A DNA stretch of 64,000 nt from an uncultured Gammaproteobacteria bacterium. GTDB lineage: Bacteria; Patescibacteriota; Patescibacteriia; UBA9934; CAMTUG01. Shown here piece after piece: positions 50,203 through 60,345 of the stretch. The stretch lies in NCBI GenBank assembly GCA_964588955.1, contig CAZPQJ010000004.1:5677-69676 (forward strand), given 5' to 3'. A program made the translations under genes and the position numbers. Each line of letters starts with the position of its first letter. Position 1 is the first letter of the stretch. A model generated the notes under the pieces. It saw only the letters and a list, made by a program, of their open reading frames with translations, made no database searches and was not told the DNA's origin.

Positions 50203-53200
50203 CTACGGCTGCACCCGCACATTTTCCGCTCCCACAATCCCCTTAACCGCGTCAACAGCATCAACGCGCATGCTATATTCCGTTTCGATGCGACGCAACG
50301 ACCCAGCGGATTCGACGACTAAACATACACGCCCCATGCCGGGATGCGATGCAAACACATCGCGCAAGTCGGCAATCATGTCTTGGCTTGGTTTGCCGCG
50401 CAGGGAGATTTCGATCGTTGGATAGGTACTCGGTTGTTTCGATCGTTCAAACTGCTGTGCGGGAGAGTCCGTCCGTCGATGCTCTTCCTTTTTCTTTTCT
50501 CCTGTTTTTTCCAAACCGTCAGCGACCGATTCCGGAATCCACATTCCCTGACGAATCATTCCCGCCAAATCCGCGGAGTTATGTTCATTGACGGGAAGAA
50601 AGCTCGAAGCAATGAATTTGGTCACCCCATCTTTGGTGGAAACTTTGGCGGAGACAAGCAACACCGCACTGTCGGTGAGCAACGCCTTATTGCTTTCATA
50701 CGTCCGCGGAAAGGCAATCACTTCTGCGGCACCGGAGCTATCCCCCACCATCACGAACGCCATATGCTCCTGCTTTTTGGTGAGAATTTCTTTGATCGCG
50801 TTCACTGCCACGCACACATACACAAACGTGCCGTCGGGCAACAGCAAGGCATCTTTCAAACGATGGATGGAGCCTTCCGCTAAACGATGCACATCTTCAG
50901 TGGGGTGCGCGGAAACATACAGGCCAAGCAACTGTTTCTCCCAGGCCAACTTTTCGAAGGCCGAAGCTGGCGCGGTGGGACGCAAACGCAGCTGCTCCTC
51001 AATGAGCGACGGTACCATATCGAACAACGACCCTTGATTCTGCTCGCGTTGTGATTGACAGGCTTTGTTGTACAACAAAATCTGATCCAGATTTTCCAAC
51101 ATCTGGCGACGCTCGCCGAAACGATCCAACGCCCCCGCTTTAATCAACGCTTCAATCGCTTTACGATTAAAAGCACGGTGATGAATGCGCTTACCAAAAT
51201 CCGCCAAATCCGCGAATGGTCCAGCCTCACGCTCGGCGATCATGGTTTGAATCACGTCCTCTCCAAGATTTTTAATCGCCAAAAGCCCAAACCGCACATG
51301 GGTGTCGTCGATGTAGGTGAAATGCAGACGCGACTCGTTAATATCTGGCGGCAGCACATGAATTCCCATACGCTCGCATTCGGCCACCGCTTCAGCGATT
51401 TTTTCCAAGTCGGCTGACTCGGCGGTCATGAGCGCCGTCATGTAAATCGCCGGGAAGTTGGCTTTCATGTAGGCGGTCTGGTACGCCACCATACCGTAAC
51501 TGGCCGCGTGGGCTTTGTTAAACCCGTAAGCCGCGAACGGTTCAATCAACTTCCACAACTGCGTAGCCAGAGATTTGGACAGCTTGCCCTTCTTAACAAA
51601 TCCATCCAACAACTTTTCTTTCTGCGCAGCCATCTCTTCCGGAATCTTTTTTCCCATCGCCTTACGCAACTTATCCGCTTCAAGCCAGGAATAGCCTGCC
51701 AGTTTAATGGCGATCAACATGACGTCGTCTTGATAGGTAATGATGCCGTAGGATTGGTCCAAAATCTCGGCCATGCGTGGATCCAAATAGCTAATGAGCT
51801 CTGGATGATGTTTGCGGGCAATATACTCAGGAATGGATTCCATTGGCCCTGGACGATACAAGGCCACCATGGCCATGATGTCTTCCACACGCTCAGGCTT
51901 CAGCTCCATCAAATAGTGGGTCATGCCCGATCCACCAAGCTGAAAGACGCCCATGGTTTGGCCCTCCGCAAGAAGCTTAAACGTTTTCGGATCGTCGATG
52001 GGAATTTGTTCGGCGACGATCGTCTGCCCCTTGAGGGTTTTCACAAGAGCAATCGCGTCACCCAAAATCGACAAGTTGCGGATTCCTAAAAAGTCCATTT
52101 TCAAAACCCCCGCGGCTTCTACGGTCTTCATTTCGTACTGGGTGAGAATACGCCCTTCGCGCGATTCAATTTGCAACGGCGTATATTCCGTGAGCGGTAG
52201 TGGCGAAATAACCACGCCGGCGGCGTGAATGGAAACGTGACGGCCGCAACCCTCGATTTGCATCGCCAAGTCAATCAAACGCTTCACTTGGGCGTTGGAT
52301 TTATAGAGCTTGCCAAAGTCAGGGTTTTCCTCAAGCGCGCGTTTCAAACTCATGGGAAAGCCTTGGCTGCCTGGTGGCACCATTTTCGCAATGCGATCGC
52401 AATCGCTGTGAGGAAAAGCCAATGCACGACCAACGTCGCGCACGGAACCACGAGCCATCATCGTTCCAAAGGTACAAATCTGTGCCACTTTGTCTGCACC
52501 GTACTTGTCGCGCACATAGTTGTAAACTTCTTCACGACGGTTATCGGCAAAGTCGCCGTCCACGTCAGGTGCGCTTGGACGTTCTGGGTTTAAGAAACGT
52601 TCAAACGGCAACTTATAAACAATTGGATTAACCGTACTAATACCAATGGAGAAACCAACCAGCGATCCTGCGGCCGATCCACGCGTGGTCGTCATGATCC
52701 CGTTTTTGCGCGACCATTCAATATAGTCGGAGACAACCAAAAAGTACGGAGCAAATCCTTTTTGTTCAATAACGCTCAATTCATAATCAATGCGCTTGAG
52801 CATCTCATCGGTCACTTCTGGAACTTTGCCGGGCAATTCTTTCAACGCGCGCTCACGCAACCACGTCTGTGCGGTGTGACCTTCTGGGATTTCAATATTC
52901 GGGAAGTTCCACTTTCCCAATTCCATGGTGACATTGCATCGATCAGCAATTTTTCGCGTGTTCTCGATCGCTTCAGGCACATCGGCAAAACGTTTTTCAA
53001 TCTCCTCCCCAGCACAAAAAGACGCGTCAAAATCGACCGCCTGCATGCGTTCGTAATCCTCCAAGGTCTTTCCACTCTTAATACAAGAAAGGATTTTCCA
53101 TGCCTCGGCGTCGGTTGGCTTCAAGTAGTACGTGTCTTTGGTAACAACAAGCGGAATGTTGAGCTTGTGTCCGATTTCAATAAGCACGGCGTTCACGGCA

Positions 53201-53769
53201 CGCGCGTCGGCAAGCTCCGGACGATCAACAAGCTCAAGATAAAAGTGATTGGGACCAAATATCTCCGCGTACTCCCGCGCCACCTCTTCCGCCTTGTCGA
53301 CTTCCCCGTTGCGAATCAAGGTCGGAATTTCTCCGTAGTGGGAGCCAGACAAGGCAATAATGCCGTGATCTGATTCCGCGCAAAATGTTTTCAACACTTC
53401 CTTATCAATGCGTGGCTTGTAATAAAAGCCTTCCATGAAACCCACCGTGGCAATTTTCATGAGTCGCTTGTAGCCGTCGTTCGTCTCCGCCAGCAGAACT
53501 AAACGATACGGCTTGTTGTCGATCTTGGGACGCTTTTCAAACCGCCCGTAAGCGGCCACATACGCGTCCATACCGATGATCGGCTTAATACCTTCATCTG
53601 TCGCCTTTTGATAAAACTCAACCGCTCCATACATGACCCCGTTATCCGTAATCGCAAAAGTATCCATTTCCTGAGCTTTGGCCTGTTTAACCAAGGCTTT
53701 TACCTTTGGCAAAGCTTCCAACAAAGAGTAGTGGGAGTGGACGTGAAGATGGACAAACTTGGAGGCCAT
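50203..53769 (-). CDS. dnaE: DNA polymerase III alpha subunit
   Basis: FVHLHVHSHYSLL, RGSAAGS, FERFLNPER, PDVDGDF, YGFNKAHA. Confidence 0.98.
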   Translation of the reverse strand: MASKFVHLHVHSHYSLLEALPKVKALVKQAKAQEMDTFAITDNGVMYGAVEFYQKATDEGIKPIIGMDAYVAAYGRFEKRPKIDNKPYRLVLLAETNDGYKRLMKIATVGFMEGFYYKPRIDKEVLKTFCAESDHGIIALSGSHYGEIPTLIRNGEVDKAEEVAREYAEIFGPNHFYLELVDRPELADARAVNAVLIEIGHKLNIPLVVTKDTYYLKPTDAEAWKILSCIKSGKTLEDYERMQAVDFDASFCAGEEIEKRFADVPEAIENTRKIADRCNVTMELGKWNFPNIEIPEGHTAQTWLRERALKELPGKVPEVTDEMLKRIDYELSVIEQKGFAPYFLVVSDYIEWSRKNGIMTTTRGSAAGSLVGFSIGISTVNPIVYKLPFERFLNPERPSAPDVDGDFADNRREEVYNYVRDKYGADKVAQICTFGTMMARGSVRDVGRALAFPHSDCDRIAKMVPPGSQGFPMSLKRALEENPDFGKLYKSNAQVKRLIDLAMQIEGCGRHVSIHAAGVVISPLPLTEYTPLQIESREGRILTQYEMKTVEAAGVLKMDFLGIRNLSILGDAIALVKTLKGQTIVAEQIPIDDPKTFKLLAEGQTMGVFQLGGSGMTHYLMELKPERVEDIMAMVALYRPGPMESIPEYIARKHHPELISYLDPRMAEILDQSYGIITYQDDVMLIAIKLAGYSWLEADKLRKAMGKKIPEEMAAQKEKLLDGFVKKGKLSKSLATQLWKLIEPFAAYGFNKAHAASYGMVAYQTAYMKANFPAIYMTALMTAESADLEKIAEAVAECERMGIHVLPPDINESRLHFTYIDDTHVRFGLLAIKNLGEDVIQTMIAEREAGPFADLADFGKRIHHRAFNRKAIEALIKAGALDRFGERRQMLENLDQILLYNKACQSQREQNQGSLFDMVPSLIEEQLRLRPTAPASAFEKLAWEKQLLGLYVSAHPTEDVHRLAEGSIHRLKDALLLPDGTFVYVCVAVNAIKEILTKKQEHMAFVMVGDSSGAAEVIAFPRTYESNKALLTDSAVLLVSAKVSTKDGVTKFIASSFLPVNEHNSADLAGMIRQGMWIPESVADGLEKTGEKKKEEHRRTDSPAQQFERSKQPSTYPTIEISLRGKPSQDMIADLRDVFASHPGMGRVCLVVESAGSLRRIETEYSMRVDAVDAVKGIVGAENVRVQP

Positions 53770-54128
53770 AACAGGGGTAGATTAACACGACTTATCCCCA
53801 TTGACCACAGTCACTTACATGCCCCGGTCGCGGCAGACCGGGGATCGCTTTTTTCAAAAACGAACGGAGCCTTTTAGAGAATTGTATATGCGGGAGTCTC
53901 TACACCCGCGATGCAGATGTGACCCCTCTCAACTGGAGTGCCAAAATGAATTTTTTGAACACAATTTGTGTTCAACTTTTTCATTTTGAGGGTCAGGAAG
54001 AGGGCATGCTTCCAACCCAGTTTTGACTAGGTATATCGTGGAGGACTACAGGATAATATCTCTCATACATCTGTATGATACCGATTTAGAAACACGTACT
54101 TTGACGGGCTATTAATTTCAACACATAA

Positions 54129-54154
54129 GGCGGGGCATGGTAGCCCCGCCTATA
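54129..54154. repeat. REP-like palindrome, identical to 47792-47817
   Basis: GGCGGGGCATGGTAGCCCCGCCTATA. Confidence 0.85.
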
Positions 54155-54175
54155 CAAATCAATCCACCCGATCCT

Positions 54176-54466
54176 CTAAAAGGCATCTTCCTTTCCCTTC
54201 GCCCGCTTCTTTTCCATGGCGTACTCAACTACCCGTTCAATACCTTTGCCGACGATGCCGACCATTCCGCTCATGTGTTCGAACTTCTCACGGACGCCGA
54301 CAATCGCTTTTTCAATCAATCCAAGTTTTTCGCGAGCGTCGGAAACGGTATCGTTGACGTTCTTCAAAATCATCGCCACTTGCCAAATGAGCCAACTCAC
54401 GAACAAGGTGAACCACAACACGCAAAAGGCGAGGACGAAAAATAAAATATCTTTAGAATCAATCAT
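54176..54466 (-). CDS. Small membrane protein with amphipathic/coiled-coil tail
   Basis: N-terminal TM, basic C-terminus. Confidence 0.75.
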   Translation of the reverse strand: MIDSKDILFFVLAFCVLWFTLFVSWLIWQVAMILKNVNDTVSDAREKLGLIEKAIVGVREKFEHMSGMVGIVGKGIERVVEYAMEKKRAKGKEDAF

Positions 54467-54519
54467 AGGGGAGAGATAAAAGAGAAAATAGGAGAAAAGA
54501 GAAACGGTAAGATACCCGT

Positions 54520-56910
54520 TTATCGAATAATAGCACTAAACTGACTTTGCAGCACGTTGACCACGGATTGCATCACCGCATCGGCCTCTTCAGAAGACAA
54601 CGTACGATCGCTGGCGCGCAAACTCAAACGGAAAGCCATTGATTTTTTCCCCGGATCAATCCCCTTACCTTGATAGACATCGAGCAAAGCCACGTCGGCA
54701 ATCAATGCATTGGCTTTATGAATCGTCGTCACGACCTCCTCATAGGTAGAGCGCTCAGCAAGCACGAAGGAAACATCACGAATGGTGTCTTGGAAGACCG
54801 GTACTTCTGTGTAGGTTTTACGGACACCGAAATGCGGGAGCAACTTCTCCACGTTCATCCCCACAATCACCACTTGCTTGTCGATGCCGAAGCGATTGGC
54901 GTAGGTGGATGATAATTGTCCGATCGCTCCAATCGTTTGTCCGTTCCAGGTAAGCGTGGCTGAGCGACCCGGATGCAAAAACGGAATAGCGCTTTGAGCG
55001 GTAAACGTAGCACCGTTCAGCCCCGTTTCGCGCCACAAACGTTCGGTAATGCCTTTGGCGCGACGGAAACACGCTTCCGCGTTGGATCCATACACAGCGA
55101 TCGCCAAATGCCATTCGTGTTTTGGAATGTCTCCAGATTGTGCTTCGTGGACGACCGAAAGTTCAAACAATTCCGCTTCGGGGAAACGGTGTTGATTCTG
55201 CTCCACCGCGTTCAACATTGACGGCCAGAGAGAGGTACGCAGGTAAGCCAAATCCTCCGAAAGCGGATTCTGTACGTGCACCATCGCCGCAGGATCCACA
55301 TCCATCTTTTGCAAATCCGCGAGCGATACCAAGGCGAGTCCGTAGGTTTCCGTCAAGCCTGTCGATCGAAGGATCTCTTTGATTTTGCGCTCCCAAATAA
55401 CCGCCGGCTCAACGATCGGGGTTGGCAGTGAACCCGCTGGAATGACCGACGGTAAATTGCCGTAGCCGACCATGCGCGCGACCTCTTCCACGAAATCGAC
55501 TGAGTCTTCAATATCGTGATCGCGCCAATACGGGACAGTGACATTTCCTTTATCCACTTCAAATCCTAAGCCTTCTAAAATCTCCACCTGCTTCTTCATC
55601 GGCACGTCGATGCCGATCAAGCCACTGACGCGCTCAGAATCATAAGGGAAGGACAATGGTTGATATTTCTGTGCGCGCTCGTCGACAATCTCGGAAGCGA
55701 CGTTGCCGCCGGTCAGTTCACAAATAAGTTCAATAGCACGATGCAAAGCAGCCGTGGTCGATTCGGTGGACAATCCTTTTTCAAATAAACTCGAAGAATC
55801 CGAATACAAATTCAAGGCACGCGCCGTGCGGCGCACCGAGACAGGATTGAAACAGGCGGATTCGATCACTAATCGCGTCGTCGCTTCGGTTGTCCCCGTT
55901 GGCTCGCCTCCCATTACGCCAGCCACTGCCACCGGACGCGCACCGTCGCAAATAGCCAACATCGAAGGATCGAGTTCGTATTCCTTGCCATCGAGCGCCA
56001 AGATCTTTTCCCCCTTCTTGGCTTTACGGACAATAATTTTCTCGCCTTCAAGCTTGTCCGCGTCAAAGGCATGCAATGGCTGACCAAGTTCATGCAAAAT
56101 ATAATTGGTGATGTCTACCACATTGTTGATCGGACGATGTCCTGCCAACAACAACCGTTTTTGCATCCACCACGGCGACGGAGCGACTTTCACATTTTCA
56201 ATCACTACCGCTTGATACCGCGGGCACAAATCCGATGCCTCAACCCTCACATCCATTTTCGCCTTTCCCTTTCCCTTTTCCGTTTTCGGATTTGTTTCGA
56301 ATTTCGGATTTCGCATTTCGCATTTTCCAAGCCCTGCCGCCCCCGCTTCCCGCGCCAATCCCACAATCGACATTGCATCCGGTCGATTGGTGGTGACTTC
56401 AATATCGAACAGCACGTCGTCAAGATCGAGCGCTTCAGCAAGCGGCGTGCCAGGTTTCGCGTTTGTGATCTCGGTCAGATCCCAAATTTCTTTTTCGCCT
56501 TGCTTTAATTTTTCAAATCCGATTTCGCTGGCCGCACAAATCATTCCAAAACTTTTTACTCCGCGCAATTCCGTTTCTTTGATTTCCATCAACTCGCCTT
56601 CACCATGCCATTTTACTTTCGATCCAGGAAGCGCGACGGCGACTAAGTGCCCAACTTCAAGGTTAGATCCACCGCAGACAATCTCCACCTCCTCGCCGAC
56701 ATCGGTCACCACGACACGAAGTTTGTCCGCATTCGGATGCGGCTTCACTTCCAAAACTTTTCCAACCACCATGTGATCAAAGGACGCCCCAACATCAATA
56801 CTACGTTCCACGCTATTCCCCACCTCGGTCATGCGACGCACAAATTCCTCCACCGACGGTGTTTTTTTGACGTACTCTTTTAGCCAATCAAAGGAGGCAA
56901 GGATGTTCAT
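54520..56910 (-). CDS. pheT: Phenylalanyl-tRNA synthetase beta subunit
   Basis: HPNADKL, TTNRPDAMS, INNVVDITNY, LHPGRSA, RDVSF. Confidence 0.97.
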   Translation of the reverse strand: MNILASFDWLKEYVKKTPSVEEFVRRMTEVGNSVERSIDVGASFDHMVVGKVLEVKPHPNADKLRVVVTDVGEEVEIVCGGSNLEVGHLVAVALPGSKVKWHGEGELMEIKETELRGVKSFGMICAASEIGFEKLKQGEKEIWDLTEITNAKPGTPLAEALDLDDVLFDIEVTTNRPDAMSIVGLAREAGAAGLGKCEMRNPKFETNPKTEKGKGKAKMDVRVEASDLCPRYQAVVIENVKVAPSPWWMQKRLLLAGHRPINNVVDITNYILHELGQPLHAFDADKLEGEKIIVRKAKKGEKILALDGKEYELDPSMLAICDGARPVAVAGVMGGEPTGTTEATTRLVIESACFNPVSVRRTARALNLYSDSSSLFEKGLSTESTTAALHRAIELICELTGGNVASEIVDERAQKYQPLSFPYDSERVSGLIGIDVPMKKQVEILEGLGFEVDKGNVTVPYWRDHDIEDSVDFVEEVARMVGYGNLPSVIPAGSLPTPIVEPAVIWERKIKEILRSTGLTETYGLALVSLADLQKMDVDPAAMVHVQNPLSEDLAYLRTSLWPSMLNAVEQNQHRFPEAELFELSVVHEAQSGDIPKHEWHLAIAVYGSNAEACFRRAKGITERLWRETGLNGATFTAQSAIPFLHPGRSATLTWNGQTIGAIGQLSSTYANRFGIDKQVVIVGMNVEKLLPHFGVRKTYTEVPVFQDTIRDVSFVLAERSTYEEVVTTIHKANALIADVALLDVYQGKGIDPGKKSMAFRLSLRASDRTLSSEEADAVMQSVVNVLQSQFSAIIR

Positions 56911-56915
56911 AGCGT

Positions 56916-56939
56916 GGACAATTCGTGAATTGTCCCTAC
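56916..56939 (-). repeat. GTAG-type REP-like palindrome between pheS and pheT
   Basis: Minus strand reads GTAGGGACAATTCACGAATTGTCC. Confidence 0.75.
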
Positions 56940-56940
56940 G

Positions 56941-57990
56941 TTAAAATTGATTCAAAAACCGCAGATCGTTTTGATACAACACGCGAATGTCTTTAATGCG
57001 AATGCCGTCACGCATCATGAGTGTGCGCTCAACGCCCCAGCCAAAAGCGAAACCACTGTACACAGCCGGATCAACCCCGCCGGCGCGAAGGACGTTCGGG
57101 TGGATCATGCCGGATCCACCGAGCTCAACCCAACCGGATTTGCACAAACGACAACGCTCGCCTTTAACCATTCCGGTTCCGTCGCACACGCCACAAGAAA
57201 TATCTACTTCGAAACTTGGCTCGGTAAAACGAAAATGGTGCGGACGCAAGCGCGTCACGCGTGTCGGTCCAAAAAAGGCTTTGGCAAAATAATCCATCAC
57301 CCCTTTCAAATGCGTAACATTGACACCTTTATCGACCATGAATCCTTCAAATTGGTGAAACATTGGGATGTGACTGACATCTGATTGTCGACGATAACAG
57401 CGACCAATGTTAATCATGCGAATCGGCAACTTCCCTTTCTGCAACTCTCGCACTTGGGAATTTGACGTGTGTGGCGTTAAAACAATTTTGCCGCGCTTTC
57501 CTGCTGGAGCGTCAACAAAAAATGTTTCCCAATTATCCCGAGCCGGATGATCTTCTGGGAAGTTGAGCGCTTCGAACGCGTACCAATCCCAATCGACGTC
57601 TGGAGCGATCACACGGGTGAAACCAATGCGCGAAAAAATATCTTCAATCTCGGCGACGGCTTGGCTCGTAAGATGCAAATGCCCTTCCTGCGGAGCAACG
57701 CCGGGCAAGGTGACGTCGATCCATTCTTTATCTGCCAAAGTCGACGACGTTTTTTGTTCGATCGTGCTCATGTGTGCCTCAAACAACGATTCCATCTCCT
57801 GCTTCACGGCATTCAAACGCGCGCCAGCTTCTTTACGCTCAGCGTCAGACATAGCGGCGAGACCCTTCATCGCCTCGGCCAGTTTACCTTTTCGCCCAAA
57901 AAAAGCGACGCGGGCGGCTTCCAGGCCAGCAGCATCTTCCACGGTTTCTAAGGCTTTTTTGAGTTCTTCAACCAGAGGGTGGAGAGACAT
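56941..57990 (-). CDS. pheS: Phenylalanyl-tRNA synthetase alpha subunit (with CxxC..CxxC insert)
   Basis: HPAR, HTS, FHQFEG, FRFTEPS, GFAFGWGVER. Confidence 0.97.
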   Translation of the reverse strand: MSLHPLVEELKKALETVEDAAGLEAARVAFFGRKGKLAEAMKGLAAMSDAERKEAGARLNAVKQEMESLFEAHMSTIEQKTSSTLADKEWIDVTLPGVAPQEGHLHLTSQAVAEIEDIFSRIGFTRVIAPDVDWDWYAFEALNFPEDHPARDNWETFFVDAPAGKRGKIVLTPHTSNSQVRELQKGKLPIRMINIGRCYRRQSDVSHIPMFHQFEGFMVDKGVNVTHLKGVMDYFAKAFFGPTRVTRLRPHHFRFTEPSFEVDISCGVCDGTGMVKGERCRLCKSGWVELGGSGMIHPNVLRAGGVDPAVYSGFAFGWGVERTLMMRDGIRIKDIRVLYQNDLRFLNQF

Positions 57991-58003
57991 AGCAAAATCT
58001 AAC

Positions 58004-59083
58004 TTACCGAACGAACTTTAACAGATCGCGGTAAGTAATCAAGATGACGAGCAACATGAGCAAGGCAAAACCAAGATTGTGAACCACGGTTTCAAACTTG
58101 GCGCTCACCGGTTTGCGACGGAGGACTTCCACCAACACAAAGAAGACACGACCGCCGTCGAGTGCCGGAAACGGCAAAATATTGATTACTGCCAAGTTTA
58201 TGGAAAGCACGGCGGCGAACTGCAACAAATAGGCGAAACCGAGTTTAGCAACTTCGCCGGTCATCACCGCGATACCGACAGGACCAGACAAATCCATGGA
58301 GACTTGCTGATGGACGACAAGATTTTTGATGAGGTTGTAAAAAGCGACGAAAATTTCTTGGGTAAACCATGCCGTTGTTTTAACTCCCTCAATCGGGGCA
58401 CGATACCACGGGTAAGCAACCGTTCCGGAAGTGACGAGACTAACACCGAGCACCACCTTGCCGTCGGCTTCAGCCAAGGCGGAAGGAGTAATCGAATACG
58501 TGAAAAAGTCTTCGCCACGTTTAACTTCTACACTCATGGAACCGTGATGTTCTTGAATGTAGGCGCGGGCGAGATCCGCCGAGGCAAACGTTTGGTCATC
58601 GATCGAGGCAAGTTCATCGCCTGCTTGGATGCCGGCAACGTCTGCCGCGCTGGCATCTGCCACCCCAACGACATGCACAGCTTGATCACGCACGGCCGCC
58701 CCAGACAAATCCACGTCATCAATCACTTGCGGCATGCCGGCCATATATCCGGCCGACAGTAACACCACAGCTAAAATCACGTTCATCACCACGCCAGCCA
58801 CAAGGACAATCAATCGTTTCCAGGCCGGTTTGGACGAAAACGCATCAGGATCGTGACGATCACTTCCCGACTCGCCTTTGATTTTCACAAACCCTCCAAG
58901 CGGAATCCAGTTGATGGAGTAGCGAATGCCATTTTTCACCCGCGACCAAGCGCGTGGAGGAAATCCCACACCAAACTCTTCCACCTTCATACCGAGTTTC
59001 AACGCGGTAAAAAAATGCCCGGCCTCGTGAGCGATCACGAGCACCGAGAGGACGACAACGAAAAGAAGAATAGAACCAAGCAT
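58004..59083 (-). CDS. rseP: RIP metalloprotease RseP
   Basis: HEAGH, PDZ domain, NILPFPALDGG. Confidence 0.94.
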   Translation of the reverse strand: MLGSILLFVVVLSVLVIAHEAGHFFTALKLGMKVEEFGVGFPPRAWSRVKNGIRYSINWIPLGGFVKIKGESGSDRHDPDAFSSKPAWKRLIVLVAGVVMNVILAVVLLSAGYMAGMPQVIDDVDLSGAAVRDQAVHVVGVADASAADVAGIQAGDELASIDDQTFASADLARAYIQEHHGSMSVEVKRGEDFFTYSITPSALAEADGKVVLGVSLVTSGTVAYPWYRAPIEGVKTTAWFTQEIFVAFYNLIKNLVVHQQVSMDLSGPVGIAVMTGEVAKLGFAYLLQFAAVLSINLAVINILPFPALDGGRVFFVLVEVLRRKPVSAKFETVVHNLGFALLMLLVILITYRDLLKFVR

Positions 59084-59087
59084 GCAA

Positions 59088-59885
59088 TCAAGTTAAAGTG
59101 ATCTGTTCAAAGTTCAGGGACGAGCCGAAAAATGCTGTACCGAGACGTGAAACTTCGACCGCGTCGCCAGTGGTGAGAAACATTCTTGTCCCCCCGGCCG
59201 ACAACTGAACGACGATCTCTGGATGGCGTTCAAGATAGGAACCTAAAGAGCCAGCAACGATCTCGCTTTGCTCGTACAATCTTACCCCATTTGGCAGCAT
59301 TTCGCCAATCATTCCGGCGATGAGGGCGTAATGCGTGCAACCTAGCAGCACCGCGTGGATACTCTCGTGTTGTGCAAACAAACCATCTAAATACTCACGA
59401 ACAGCAGTACGAAGTTCCTCTTCCGACGCGCCCACCTCGATGAGCGGTACCAACTTTGGACAGGCTTGTTGCACGATCATCGCCTTGGGAGCCCTCTGTG
59501 CCGCCTCATACACATACGCTTGCGACCGCACCGTCGCCTCGGTCGCGAGAATCCCAACAACCTCGTCGCCAAAGCGCTCCACGGTTGGCACCAAAATTCC
59601 GAGCACACGTCGATCCGGATACTTCACCGGCAATACCTCTTGCTGAATCCGCCGCAAGGCATTGGCCGACGACGTGTTACACGCCAAAATCACCAACGGA
59701 CAGCCGCGGCGAAACAGTTCCTCAACCCCTTGGCAAGTAAATTGAAAAATCTCTTCCGCACTCCTCGACCCGTACGGCACGCGAGCGTTGTCGCCGAGAT
59801 ACACATAGTCATACTTGGGCAACACTTCAGTCAACGTTTTCAAAATCGTCAGTCCCCCAAATCCCGAATCAAACACGCCGATCAT
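59088..59885 (-). CDS. murI: Glutamate racemase
   Basis: IGVFDSGFGGL, PYG, ACNT, LGCTHY. Confidence 0.95.
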   Translation of the reverse strand: MIGVFDSGFGGLTILKTLTEVLPKYDYVYLGDNARVPYGSRSAEEIFQFTCQGVEELFRRGCPLVILACNTSSANALRRIQQEVLPVKYPDRRVLGILVPTVERFGDEVVGILATEATVRSQAYVYEAAQRAPKAMIVQQACPKLVPLIEVGASEEELRTAVREYLDGLFAQHESIHAVLLGCTHYALIAGMIGEMLPNGVRLYEQSEIVAGSLGSYLERHPEIVVQLSAGGTRMFLTTGDAVEVSRLGTAFFGSSLNFEQITLT

Positions 59886-60343
59886 AACGCTTTACGCAAA
59901 GCCTCCGCGTACGGTTGACGCGACTCTGGGGTGGATCGTTTTGCCGCCAATAACTGTTCGTGAAAATGATCGTCGGTAAATCGCGGAAACAAATGCAAAT
60001 GATAATGCCAAGCGTGCTGATCCCCCGCTGGCTCGTTGTTTTGCAACACGGTCACACCATCACAGCCGCGCGCCTGCTTCATCGCTACAGCAACACGCTG
60101 AGCAACTTCCCCAATCCGTGCGGCGTATTCCGTCGGCAAGTCATACAGATTCTCGAAGTGTTTGACCGGCACGATCAGCGGATGGCCTTCGTTTCCGGAA
60201 ACGGATCTGGAACTGACAAACCCCATCACCAAATCATCGCGATAAAAAATATCCGTCTGCCTAATCCACGTGTCGTCGTTCTCGACCCCGTCGACGGCGA
60301 GACAGATCGGACAAACATAATTTTCCGGAGCGTGATTGAACAT
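59882..60343 (-). CDS. HIT family hydrolase
   Basis: CPIC, GHPLIVP, HYHLH. Confidence 0.92.
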   Translation of the reverse strand: MFNHAPENYVCPICLAVDGVENDDTWIRQTDIFYRDDLVMGFVSSRSVSGNEGHPLIVPVKHFENLYDLPTEYAARIGEVAQRVAVAMKQARGCDGVTVLQNNEPAGDQHAWHYHLHLFPRFTDDHFHEQLLAAKRSTPESRQPYAEALRKAL

Positions 60344-60345
60344 AA

